Notes: a model not told the origin generated them from the letters alone. Numbered from the stretch's first letter, positions 10,601-18,787 are shown. The stretch: 64,000 bases of DNA from an uncultured Collinsella sp. (GCA_900541795.1 UQLC01000010.1:4669-68668), one strand, 5' to 3'. A program made the numbers and translations.

Positions 10601-10914
10601 AGATCCTGTATACCTCGACGCACGACACCTCGACGCTCGCCGGTTGGTGCACGCGATCCTTTGCGGGCGGCGACGAGCCGAGCGGCAAGGAGTTCGCTGG
10701 AAAGCTAATGGGCGACGCACTCGCAAGCGACGCTCCCCTCGTGATGATGCCGCTGCAAGATGTGCTGGGGCTGGGCGACGATGCCCGCATGAACGTGCCG
10801 GGTGTCGCCACGGGCAACTGGACCTGGCAGGCCGATGAGGCCGACGTTGAGGCCGCCGAAGATAAAACTGCACAGCTCCTGCGCAACACCCATAGATTCT
10901 GGGGCGAAGCGTGA
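7618..10914 (+). CDS. bifunctional GH13 alpha-amylase/neopullulanase-type domain fused to a GH77 4-alpha-glucanotransferase (MalQ) domain
   Basis: 1098 aa. The N-terminal half carries GH13 regions DGVFNHTG, GWRLDVADE, LLGEVWED and NLLSSHDRPR. From about aa 648 the sequence is MalQ-like: GVVCHITSVP, YWQVLPVNP, IGDIPMYV, RLDHFLGF, YTSTHDT. Confidence 0.85.
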   Translation: MRLIHNSRLPQFRTPFGAVTTGTSVSLSVILEDADPNQATLTLRTWVDEIGESLYPMTHEGDGIFTVELECTEPCLIWYSFICNIEGQPEVRLGAPQGRTGGEGVTYDYAEVPSFQITVYKHREVRPEWYERGMVYQIFPDRYARDENWRERTLAEVEKPRKGIQRRMVEDWNEPPEYERAEDGSIKTWDFYGGSLKGIQNDLPRIAELGFTAIYLNPIFEAASNHRYDTADYTKIDPILGTEQDFTELCQAAEKLGISIILDGVFNHTGDDSIYFNRYGNYPGVGAWQSEDSPWRDAFYFHEDGSYDCWWGVGNMPAINESSELVRERLLGKDGVIRKWLRAGAHGWRLDVADELSDDFLTEIKKAVLAEKPDALLLGEVWEDASNKISYGHLRRYLQGSELDSAMDYPFRDMVIGFLMGYKNAYQAAEDIETLRENYPREALSCALNLLSSHDRPRIISVLGGGPDESKLPECERSKWRLDENAMGLAKSRFWLATLMQMTFPGVPSIYYGDEYGLEGLTDPGNRRTMPKKEDLHDFDTLAIVKNASAVRRALPFMIDGEIRAFALNDEVLAYTRTGKDGESATVIINRSLRNSHRVTIPALGECASDVISGHECEIHNGTVTLDLYPLGSSIIYHHAEQRLQEPLDHGAGVVCHITSVPTDDAKPGTIGAPTRRFIDHLAAMGMRYWQVLPVNPTDFFRSPYAGPSAFAGNIDLLPESHEELAADFKVWKARGGEDADPLYTAFKHRNADWLEKYCVYMSVKKYFEGESRHDWPADVARYNEHLFDDKRFHDEAELQAYMQYRFDLAWCELMNYAHKKDIEVIGDIPMYVSDDSADAWSEPENFWLSDTGKAIEISGAPPDNFAPEGQVWGNPTFRWDHMKENGYRWWMDRLRRAFSLYDRVRLDHFLGFHSYFSIPAGKACADGRWLAGPGKDLFQTAYDELGPLNFIAEDLGYLTPGVRAMASTCGFPGMDVLEFSDYDVRNGINPTPGKILYTSTHDTSTLAGWCTRSFAGGDEPSGKEFAGKLMGDALASDAPLVMMPLQDVLGLGDDARMNVPGVATGNWTWQADEADVEAAEDKTAQLLRNTHRFWGEA

Positions 10915-10958
10915 TAAAACCCCCGATATAGGGTACAGTTACAGACGTTTGAATTTAT

Positions 10959-10984
10959 GCGGGCAGAGCGATCTGCCCGCTTTG
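10959..10984 (+). terminator. intrinsic terminator after the GH13/GH77 gene
   Basis: gcgggcag / agcgat / ctgcccgc followed by tttg. Confidence 0.6.
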
Positions 10985-11002
10985 TGCTGAAAAGGAAGTA
11001 TT

Positions 11003-11239
11003 ATGGCGCGCTACGATTACAAGTGCTCGAGCTGCGGCAACGTGTTTGAGGTTGAGCATCCCATGTCCGAGACCCCCGAGGTCGTGTGCCCCAGCTGCGG
11101 TGCCCCGGCGGCCAAGACGTTCTCAGCCAGCGGCATTAAATTTGAGGGCAGCGGTTTCTACAACACCGACCAGCGAAGCGGCGGCTCCAGCACCAGCGCC
11201 ACGAGCGGCTGCTGCGCCAACTGCCCGCACAGCCACTAG
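11003..11239 (+). CDS. FmdB-family zinc-ribbon protein
   Basis: 78 aa, MARYDYKCSSCGNVFEVEHPMSE...VCPSCG. This is the CxxC...CxxC signature with the usual YxYxC start. RBS aaaaggaag lies upstream. Confidence 0.85.
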   Translation: MARYDYKCSSCGNVFEVEHPMSETPEVVCPSCGAPAAKTFSASGIKFEGSGFYNTDQRSGGSSTSATSGCCANCPHSH

Positions 11240-11244
11240 AAACC

Positions 11245-11282
11245 AAACAGCCCCGCGATCAACGCCGATCGCGGGGCTGTTT
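11245..11282. terminator. hairpin between convergent genes, possibly a bidirectional terminator
   Basis: aaacagccccgcgatc / aacgcc / gatcgcggggctgttt form a 16-bp stem flanked by A-run and T-run. Confidence 0.6.
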
Positions 11283-11324
11283 CTTTGCTCTATGGGTAGC
11301 TAATCAAGCTACCCAGGTTTCCTT

Positions 11325-11397
11325 GTGAGTTGCGGTGAAATAAGGACTGTTTGGTGGGTGGAAGCCGCTATTCAATCCTTATTTCACCGCAACTTAG
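11325..11397. repeat. family-A palindromic repeat, copy 1 (REP/MITE-like)
   Basis: Arms agttgcggtgaaataagga (11328-11346) and tccttatttcaccgcaact (11376-11394) are perfect reverse complements. The same arm sequence occurs at 27542-27610 and 58308-58378. Confidence 0.75.
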
Positions 11398-11400
11398 TCG

Positions 11401-12801
11401 TTACTTGTGGACCAGTCTGGCGCAGAAGTGGCCGTCGTAGGAATCGGCGTTTACCGGTACGCTTTGGAAGAGGCCTCGATCGTTCTGGCGTACGGATACG
11501 AGTTTCTTGGCCTGATCGAACTCGGGGAGTTGCAGAATCTGTGCCTCGGAAAGCGGTGCCACGCTAAAGCCGGCACCCTCGGGAGAAGCAAGGAAAGCAT
11601 CCACCACCTGCGTGTTCTCCTCGTCGAAGACCGAGCACGTCGCATAGATGAGCTCGCCGCCGGCAGCTACGCGCGCAGCAGCCTCTTTGAGCATCGTCAG
11701 CTGCAGCTTGGGCAGCTCGCACGTGACGTCACGCTCGGTCAGGCGCCACGGGATCTCGGGATGACGACGCATGGTTCCGGTGCCAGAGCACGGTGCATCG
11801 ATAAAGACCGTGTCGAACTTAACCGGCTTGCCAAGCATGGCATCAAACGATGTGAGCACCTCATCAAGCTCGCAGGCATCACCCGAAACCGTACGAACGC
11901 CCTGAATACCGGCCTTATGAAGGCGAGCGAGATTCAGATCGCACTTGCGATCATGCAGATCGAGCGCCGTATGCTGACGCTCATAGCCGGCGCGCTTGGC
12001 CTGGCACATCATCACATAGGTCTTGGTACCGCGACCGGCACCAATCTCAAGGCAGCTTCCGGGGCGCGTGGCTGCCGTGGCGATGAGCTGGGCGTTGAGA
12101 TCAGATGCCACCGCGGCAGCACGCTCAAACACACCCGAAGCAACGGTAACCTGGGCATCAACCGGGGCATGGCAGCCCGGGAAGACAGGCGCCACAAGCT
12201 GTGAGATATACGGATCGGTCTTGGTCGCAAAGGCGTTCTCATGCAGGGCCAGCGGCGCGGGGGCCAGATTGCCGGCAAAGTTAAGCGCACCCTCAGGCGT
12301 GTCGAACGATGCCATAATGCGAGCGCACAGCCAACGCGGCAGTCCCATCAGGCGCGACAGACGAACCAAGCGTCGTTCAGACTCATCCACATCGGACGCA
12401 GTGGCAAAGTCCTCAACGTTATCCGCGACCTTATGCAGCACGGCATTGGCCAAACCGGCGGCGGACTTAGCACCGCTGCGTACCAGCTCAACACCCTGAC
12501 TTACGGCAACGCGACCAGGCGTATGCAGGTAAAGCATCTCGAAGGCCGAGATACGAAGCGCCATGCGCACACGCGGCGCAACCTTTTTAGGCTTATCGAG
12601 AAACTGATCGAGCAGTTCGTCCAAAATACCCTGTGTGGCGGCCACGCCAAGCGCCAAGCGAGCTGCAAAAGCGGAATCACGCTGGTCAATAGCCTTGGCC
12701 GAAGCACGGGACGAGAGCACGTCACGCGCGTACATGCCGCGGCGATCGGCCTCCATCAGCACATCGAGCGCAAGCTTGCGCGCGGGAGACAGCTTGCTCA
12801 T
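11401..12801 (-). CDS. rsmB: 16S rRNA (cytosine967-C5)-methyltransferase
   Basis: NusB-like N-terminal domain followed by a SAM-methyltransferase domain (DAPCSGTGTMRRHPE, YATCS). ATG 12801 overlaps the fmt stop (ATGA). Confidence 0.9.
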   Translation of the reverse strand: MSKLSPARKLALDVLMEADRRGMYARDVLSSRASAKAIDQRDSAFAARLALGVAATQGILDELLDQFLDKPKKVAPRVRMALRISAFEMLYLHTPGRVAVSQGVELVRSGAKSAAGLANAVLHKVADNVEDFATASDVDESERRLVRLSRLMGLPRWLCARIMASFDTPEGALNFAGNLAPAPLALHENAFATKTDPYISQLVAPVFPGCHAPVDAQVTVASGVFERAAAVASDLNAQLIATAATRPGSCLEIGAGRGTKTYVMMCQAKRAGYERQHTALDLHDRKCDLNLARLHKAGIQGVRTVSGDACELDEVLTSFDAMLGKPVKFDTVFIDAPCSGTGTMRRHPEIPWRLTERDVTCELPKLQLTMLKEAAARVAAGGELIYATCSVFDEENTQVVDAFLASPEGAGFSVAPLSEAQILQLPEFDQAKKLVSVRQNDRGLFQSVPVNADSYDGHFCARLVHK

Positions 12802-13718
12802 GACAGAACACCCCACGAAAGATTGGCGCCTTGCAGCCCAGCAGCCCAAGCAGAAGCGGCCATAGCACGCTTGCCATCGGGCTTAACCTCGAGCAACTCA
12901 ACCGTGCCATCGGAAAGACCAAGGTAAACACGCTTGGCCTTAACGAGAACCTGACCCTCGCCAAGCGACACATCAGCCGGCGCAGCATCGAGCACGCGCA
13001 CGGTCTTGCCGGCAATCACGCAACGAGCAGGCGCGGTATCGGACGAGGCCAGCACATGACGCACGCAATCAAGCGCCGCCATTTGCGGATCCAGGCGCAT
13101 CTCCTGCTTGGAAATCTTGGCAGCATGAGTGACGAGCGACTCATCCTGCTCAGTCCAAACAGCCGAGCCATCGGCAAGCGAGGGAAGCGTATCGGCAAGC
13201 AGTTTGCCGCCAAGCTCACCAAGCTCCATGGTCAGCGCCTCGGCATGCTTACCGGCAACCGACGTAGACGCCTGGGCACAATAAGCGCCGGTATCAACGC
13301 CATGTCCAATGCGCATAATAGAAACGCCAGCAACCTCATCACCAGCAAGAATGGCACGCTGAATAGGAGCAGCCCCACGCCAACGAGGCAGCAAGGACGC
13401 ATGAACATTCACAATACCAAGCGGCGCCATATGCAGCACGTCATCCGGCAAAATGCAACCATAGGCAGCCACGCAGAAAATGTCAGCCTGGGCAGCCTTG
13501 AGCGCCTCAACGACCTCAGGCGTCATACGATTAGCCTCAATAACCGGCAACTCTAGCTCAAGCGCCTTGGCCTTAACAGGAGACGGCTCAAGTTTCTTAC
13601 CACGCCCACGAACAGCATCAGGGCGAGTAATAACAAGCGCAATCTCATTCCCAGCCGCAACAAGCGAAGTCAACGAAGGCACAGCAAAATCAGGCGTACC
13701 CATAAACACAATACGCAT
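12798..13718 (-). CDS. fmt: methionyl-tRNA formyltransferase
   Basis: 306 aa, MRIVFMGTPDFAVPSL..., NVHASLLPRWRGAAPIQRAI. Confidence 0.95.
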   Translation of the reverse strand: MRIVFMGTPDFAVPSLTSLVAAGNEIALVITRPDAVRGRGKKLEPSPVKAKALELELPVIEANRMTPEVVEALKAAQADIFCVAAYGCILPDDVLHMAPLGIVNVHASLLPRWRGAAPIQRAILAGDEVAGVSIMRIGHGVDTGAYCAQASTSVAGKHAEALTMELGELGGKLLADTLPSLADGSAVWTEQDESLVTHAAKISKQEMRLDPQMAALDCVRHVLASSDTAPARCVIAGKTVRVLDAAPADVSLGEGQVLVKAKRVYLGLSDGTVELLEVKPDGKRAMAASAWAAGLQGANLSWGVLS

Positions 13719-13934
13719 AAAGGACGTCTCCCCTCAACAAAAGCCGAAACGGCTACAAATAACAGCGGAAAGCCAAGTACCCAGCCCTTCCGCAAAAACA
13801 GTTCAACATGAACAAATATACCCAAAACCAAAGAAAGAGCCGCAATAAAAGCAGCTCTCTCAACAAACCAAATATCAGCGAAGACGCCCCTCCCTGGCCC
13901 AACGGCACCCGGGCGAGACGAGCACGTAAACGCA

Positions 13935-14036
13935 GTCCCTGGGGTGGGGCCCACACATATCGTCCCGCGCGCAGTTTCGCAGCAAAGCGAGAATGTTTGA
14001 GCACGGGATGATATGTGTGGGCCCCACCCCAGGGAC
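13935..14036. repeat. long palindrome (33-bp arms) with a short family-B-like core, in the def-fmt spacer
   Basis: 13935-13967 and 14004-14036 are reverse complements apart from one G:T position. The 36-nt interior cgcgcagtttcgcagcaaagcgagaatgtttgagca shares ordered blocks CGCG.AGTT.CGCA / GCGAG / TGT..GAGCA with the cores at 20368 and 58094. Confidence 0.7.
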
Positions 14037-14043
14037 GAACAAT

Positions 14044-14586
14044 CTACTCAGTCTCGCCCGGTCGAGCGCCGCGGGCCAGGGCGTCCTGGTACTCCTTGAC
14101 TGCCTTGAGCCTCTGCATCGGCTTCAGTCGCTCGAACATGGTGTTACCGTGCAGGTGATCGATCTCGTGCTGCAAGCACACGCAGAACAGATCGCCCGTA
14201 GCCTCATAGCGAATCAGGTTGGCGTCAAGGTCGTACGCCTCGACGACGACATGGTCGGGACGCTCGATCTCGCAGCTAATGCCGGGGATGGACAGGCAGC
14301 CCTCGCTAAACGGCACCAGATGGTCGCTCTGCTCAACAATGACGGGGTTAATGAGCACGTAGGGGTCATAGTCGTTCTTGTCGCTGTAGTCGCAGTCGAT
14401 GGTGACGAGCTGAATGAGCTCGCCGATCTGCGGGGCAGCTAGGCCGCAACCGCCGTTCTCGAACATCATCTTCTTCATCTTCTCGGCAAGCGCCTCGATC
14501 GCCGGGGTGATCTCCTCAATGACGGCGCACTCCTGGCGCAGACGAGGGTCGGGCGACAGTACGATTCCGTTGGCTTCCATGGCCAT
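14044..14586 (-). CDS. def: peptide deformylase
   Basis: 180 aa with the three PDF motifs GCGLAAPQIG, EGCLSIPG and QHEIDHLHG. Confidence 0.95.
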   Translation of the reverse strand: MAMEANGIVLSPDPRLRQECAVIEEITPAIEALAEKMKKMMFENGGCGLAAPQIGELIQLVTIDCDYSDKNDYDPYVLINPVIVEQSDHLVPFSEGCLSIPGISCEIERPDHVVVEAYDLDANLIRYEATGDLFCVCLQHEIDHLHGNTMFERLKPMQRLKAVKEYQDALARGARPGETE

Positions 14587-14598
14587 CCTTTCGGGTTG

Positions 14599-17052
14599 TT
14601 ACATCAAATCATAGGCGTCGACGTCAACGTTCACGCTCACGCCGCGCACGGAGCCCACCTCTTTGAGGCATGCGTCGATATCATCAGAGACATGGTACCC
14701 TACCGGCGACTTTACAAGCAGATGGAAGCGGTAACGGTCCTTGGCTCTCTCGATTACACACGAAGCCGGGCCCAGCACCTGCGGCACGGCGCTCCCTGCC
14801 CGTAAAAAGTCGGGCCCGGCGGCATGCCAGCGGCGCTTGAGGAGCTTCGCGATGCGACCGATGTAGTCCCGCGCGTCACCCGCGTTCGTCGACCATACCA
14901 AGATGTTGACCAGGCGCACGAACGGCGGATACAGCGCGTCGCGGCGCTGGTCCAGGTCGTGGTCGGTAAAGATCGAGCGGTCGTGCTCGGCGACGGCGCG
15001 AATGACCGGGTCCTCGGGCAGGTAGGTCTGGATGATGACCTCGCCGGGACGATCGCCGCGGCCGGCGCGGCCAGCAACTTGCTCCAGCAGATCGTAGGCG
15101 CGCTCCCCTGCTCTAAAATCGGGCAGCTTGAGCGCAAAGTCGGCATTGACCACGCCCACGAGCGTGACCTCGGGAAAATCGAGGCCCTTGGCGATCATCT
15201 GGGTACCCAGCAGCACCGCGCAATCGGCGGCATCGAACTGCTCGAGCAGCTTTTTGTGTGCATCCTTGCCGCGCGTGGAGTCGGCGTCCATGCGAATAAT
15301 GGCGACGTCGTCGGGCAGCATCTGGTGTAGGGCGTCCTCGATCTGCTGCGTGCCCAGCCCCATTTTTGCCAGGTAGCGGCTACCGCACTTGGGACAGCGA
15401 CTCGAGGGCGCCGGATAAGGCTGCACGCGCCAGGACGATCCGCAGGTGTGGCACTGCAGCGTGTGCGTGCGCTCGTGGTACGTGAGCGCGGTAGAGCAGT
15501 GGTTGCAGGTGGGCACGCAGCCGCATTCGCGGCACATAAGAAACGGCGCAAAGCCGCGACGGTTGTGCAGCAACACGGCCTTTTCGCGGCGCTCGACTAC
15601 ACGCTCCAGGCCTTCCATCAGCGGTTTAGAGAACATGGAGCGACTGCCGTGTGCGAACTCGCGGCGCAGGTCGGCAATGCGAACCGTAGGCAGCACGGCG
15701 TGTCCCGGGCGCTCGAGCATCTCGACGCGCGTCCAGGTGGCACCGTTATACGTGCCGCGACGGCAGCGGTCGAGGGCCTCGGCCGAGGGCGTGGCGGAGC
15801 CCAACACGAGCGGACACCGATAACGCCGCGCCATCTCGGCAGCCACCTCGCGCGCATGGTAGCGCGGGCTGGAACCCTGCTTGTAGCTGGTCTCGTGCTC
15901 CTCGTCGATGATGATGAGGCCCAAGTCGGTGAGCGGGCAAAAGAGCGCCGAGCGGGCGCCCACGACCACGCGCGCGGCACCGCTGGCGACCATATCCCAC
16001 TGATCCAGACGCTCGCCGGCGGAAAGACGCGAGTGGAACACAGCGACCGTCTCGCCAAAGCGCGAGCGGAAGCGGCCGACGGTCTGGGCCGTCAGCGAGA
16101 TCTCGGGCACGAGCACGCAGGCCGAACGGCCGGCCGCCAGCACGCGCTCAATCGCCGAGAGGTAGACCTCGGTTTTGCCGGAACCGGTAACGCCATCGAC
16201 CAGCACCACATCGCCGTGAGCGTCCAGGCGTGCGTGCTCAATCTGCGCGAGGGCCTGCTGCTGGCCGTTGGTAAGTGCCACCGGGGCCTTGCCACTCGCC
16301 GAGGACAGCGTGGTCTGCTCGCTGCACCCACGCCAGGCGCGGCGCTCCTCCACCACCACGACACCACGTTTTTCGAGCGCCTTGATGGTCGCCGACATGC
16401 TGTTGTAGAGCAGGTTGAGGTCGCGTGTCGTGACCGGGCCGCACTGGAGTGCCTCGATGAGCTGACGTTGGCGAACCGCTGTCTTGGGCGGCGTGTAGTC
16501 GAAACCCTCGGGCGTGAGCATGACCCAGCGGTTTTGGATAGGCTTGACGGCGGGGCGCTCAACCGTCCACACGCCGTCATCGCCCTTGACCACGCGCGGA
16601 CTTCCACCCGGGGGCAAGAACAAACGCAGGCACTCGGAAAGCGTCGCGACATACTCGCGGCTCATCCAGCGTGCGATACGGGCAGCCTCGACAGTAAAGA
16701 GCGGTTTGCTGAGGATAGCCTCGATGGGCTTGATGCGTGCGGGGTCGAGGGCGATGTTGCCTTGTAGGTCGCCCAGCTCAGGCGCAATGTCGACAATATA
16801 GCCCGCGGCGGCACGGTTACCAAAGTGGACCAGGACCGTTGATCCGATCTGCGCTTCGCTAGCAAGAGGTTGAGGAATGCCATAGGCAAACGGCTCGGAC
16901 AGCGCACGCGTTGGGATGTCGAGAACCACGCTCGCATAGGCGGCGATGGGCTCAGGTGCGGGCTCGGGCTGCGCCGGGGCGGCGGCAGGAGCCGCGGACT
17001 TCGGAGCTTCCTCCGGTTCCGGCGAACCAAACAGCGAAAGTTGCTCGACCAT
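14599..17052 (-). CDS. priA: primosomal protein N' (replication restart helicase)
   Basis: 817 aa. It has Walker A DGVTGSGKTEVY, DEEH, and a Cys-rich zinc-binding insert (CRECGCVPTCNHCSTALTYH...CHTCG). Confidence 0.9.
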   Translation of the reverse strand: MVEQLSLFGSPEPEEAPKSAAPAAAPAQPEPAPEPIAAYASVVLDIPTRALSEPFAYGIPQPLASEAQIGSTVLVHFGNRAAAGYIVDIAPELGDLQGNIALDPARIKPIEAILSKPLFTVEAARIARWMSREYVATLSECLRLFLPPGGSPRVVKGDDGVWTVERPAVKPIQNRWVMLTPEGFDYTPPKTAVRQRQLIEALQCGPVTTRDLNLLYNSMSATIKALEKRGVVVVEERRAWRGCSEQTTLSSASGKAPVALTNGQQQALAQIEHARLDAHGDVVLVDGVTGSGKTEVYLSAIERVLAAGRSACVLVPEISLTAQTVGRFRSRFGETVAVFHSRLSAGERLDQWDMVASGAARVVVGARSALFCPLTDLGLIIIDEEHETSYKQGSSPRYHAREVAAEMARRYRCPLVLGSATPSAEALDRCRRGTYNGATWTRVEMLERPGHAVLPTVRIADLRREFAHGSRSMFSKPLMEGLERVVERREKAVLLHNRRGFAPFLMCRECGCVPTCNHCSTALTYHERTHTLQCHTCGSSWRVQPYPAPSSRCPKCGSRYLAKMGLGTQQIEDALHQMLPDDVAIIRMDADSTRGKDAHKKLLEQFDAADCAVLLGTQMIAKGLDFPEVTLVGVVNADFALKLPDFRAGERAYDLLEQVAGRAGRGDRPGEVIIQTYLPEDPVIRAVAEHDRSIFTDHDLDQRRDALYPPFVRLVNILVWSTNAGDARDYIGRIAKLLKRRWHAAGPDFLRAGSAVPQVLGPASCVIERAKDRYRFHLLVKSPVGYHVSDDIDACLKEVGSVRGVSVNVDVDAYDLM

Positions 17053-17081
17053 GGCCCCAGCACCTCCTATCCCATACGTCT

Positions 17082-17117
17082 ACAGAAACAAGAGCCCCGC
17101 TCGGGTGAACGGGGCTC
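17082..17117 (-). terminator. hairpin downstream of gltX
   Basis: On the minus strand, gagccccg / 10-nt loop / cggggctc is followed by cttgtttctg. Confidence 0.5.
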
Positions 17118-17140
17118 GGATACATACGTTTGCGCAGCGA

Positions 17141-18616
17141 TTACAGCGCCATCGTGCGGGCGCGGTCGATGCGCGCCAAGCAATCGTCGCGGCCGACGAG
17201 TGCCATGGTCTCGCCCAACGGAGGGCTCACCATGTTGCCGCAAACGGCGACGCGCACGGCCTGGAACACCACGCGCTTCTTAAGGTCCATCTGCTCGGGC
17301 AGCGGCTCAAGCGCAGCGTCGATGTTGGCAGCCGTCCACTCGTCCACGCCCTCGAGCGCGCCCTTGGCGGCATCCAGAATGGCACCCATGCCCTCCTTGG
17401 CCAGGCCCTTGTTGACGGACTTCTCGTCATACTCGAGCGTCTCGGCCGTAGCGAAGATGGGAGCGGCGACGGTCACGGCGTCGGCCGGCATCTTGGTGCG
17501 CGGCTTGACGATGGCGGCAAGCGCGTCGATCCAATCCTCGCCGTACTCGACATTACCCTCGATGAGACCCGCCTCGTGCAGCTCGGGAACCATGATCTCG
17601 TCGGCAAACTGAGCATCGGACATGCCATTGATGTACTCGGCGTTGACCCAGTCGAGCTTCTTGGGGTCGAAGGTCGCCGGGTTCTTGGAGATGCGGTCGA
17701 GCGAGAACTTGCTGGCCAGGACATCGCGCGGGATGATCGTGGTTTCGCCGTCGAGCGACCAGCCGAGCAGCGCCAGGTAGTTGACAAAGGCGTCGGACAG
17801 GTAGCCGGCGTCGCGGTACTCCTCCACCGAGGTGGCGCCGTGGCGCTTGGAGAGCTTTTTGCCGTCGGCGCCCAGGATCATGGAGATGTGAGCGAACGTG
17901 GGCACGGGAGCGCCGAGGGCCTCGTAGACCATGACCTGACGCGGGGTGTTGGACAGGTGGTCGTCGCCGCGGATGACGTGGGTGATCTTCATCATGGCGT
18001 CGTCGACGACGGTCGCGAAGTTATACGTGGGCGTACCGTCGGAGCGGAAGATGACAAAGTCGTCGAGCTCCTTGGCGTCGAAGGTCACCTCGCCGTGGAC
18101 GGCGTCGTGGATGACGACGTCGCCGCGGTCCTCGGGCACCTTAATACGCAGGACGTAGGACTCGCCGGCCTCGATGCGGCGGCGGGCCTCCTCGGGATCA
18201 AGATCGCGGCAACGGCGCTGATAGCCCTGGAAGGGGTCCTTGCGCTCCTGCGCGGCCTTGCGGTCGGCGTCGAGCTGCTCCTTGGTGCAGAAGCAGGGAT
18301 AGGCCTTGCCCTCGTCCCAAAGCTTCTGGGCGGCCTGCTTGTACAGGTCCAGGCGCTCGGTCTGGGCGTAGGGGCCAAAGTCGCCGCCCACCTCGGGACC
18401 CTCGTCCCAGTCCAGGCCCAGCCAACGCATGGCGCGCAGGATAATCTGCGTGTTCTCGTCGGTGGAGCGGGTGGGGTCGGTGTCGTCGATGCGCAGGATG
18501 AACGTGCCGCCGTTTGCGCGGGCGAAAGCCCAGTTATAGATAGCGGTGCGGGCGCCGCCGATGTGCAGCTTGCCCGTCGGTGAGGGTGCAAAGCGGACGC
18601 GAACGTCTGATGCCAT
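17141..18616 (-). CDS. gltX: glutamate--tRNA ligase
   Basis: MASDVRVRFAPSPTGKLHIGGARTA (HIGH motif) and KLSKRHG (KMSKS motif). ATG 18616 is preceded by gaggag. Confidence 0.95.
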   Translation of the reverse strand: MASDVRVRFAPSPTGKLHIGGARTAIYNWAFARANGGTFILRIDDTDPTRSTDENTQIILRAMRWLGLDWDEGPEVGGDFGPYAQTERLDLYKQAAQKLWDEGKAYPCFCTKEQLDADRKAAQERKDPFQGYQRRCRDLDPEEARRRIEAGESYVLRIKVPEDRGDVVIHDAVHGEVTFDAKELDDFVIFRSDGTPTYNFATVVDDAMMKITHVIRGDDHLSNTPRQVMVYEALGAPVPTFAHISMILGADGKKLSKRHGATSVEEYRDAGYLSDAFVNYLALLGWSLDGETTIIPRDVLASKFSLDRISKNPATFDPKKLDWVNAEYINGMSDAQFADEIMVPELHEAGLIEGNVEYGEDWIDALAAIVKPRTKMPADAVTVAAPIFATAETLEYDEKSVNKGLAKEGMGAILDAAKGALEGVDEWTAANIDAALEPLPEQMDLKKRVVFQAVRVAVCGNMVSPPLGETMALVGRDDCLARIDRARTMAL

Positions 18617-18697
18617 GGAAATCTCCTCGATTGCAGGATGGATGTCTAACCGCACCAGTATAAAGCATCAAAGCAACCTCCGCACAAAGGGCACCGA

Positions 18698-18787
18698 CCT
18701 ACTCATTGGGGACAGACTTAAATGACCAGTCGTTGGAGACGTTCTTAGTTTAAGGCTGGTCATTTATGTCTGTCCCCAATGAGTAGG
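18698..18787. repeat. 32-bp-arm palindrome in the divergent gltX/metK intergenic region
   Basis: cctactcattggggacagacttaaatgaccag (18698-18729) pairs with 18756-18787 with one mismatch. The 26-nt interior is unrelated to the other families. Confidence 0.7.

Noticed and set aside
13670-14011. Small ORFs in the def-fmt spacer (13670-13954 minus, 13753-14004 minus, 13808-14011 plus).
   Set aside because: They run through the low-complexity A/C-rich tract and into the palindrome arms. They have no RBS or recognisable domains and mutually overlap in different frames.
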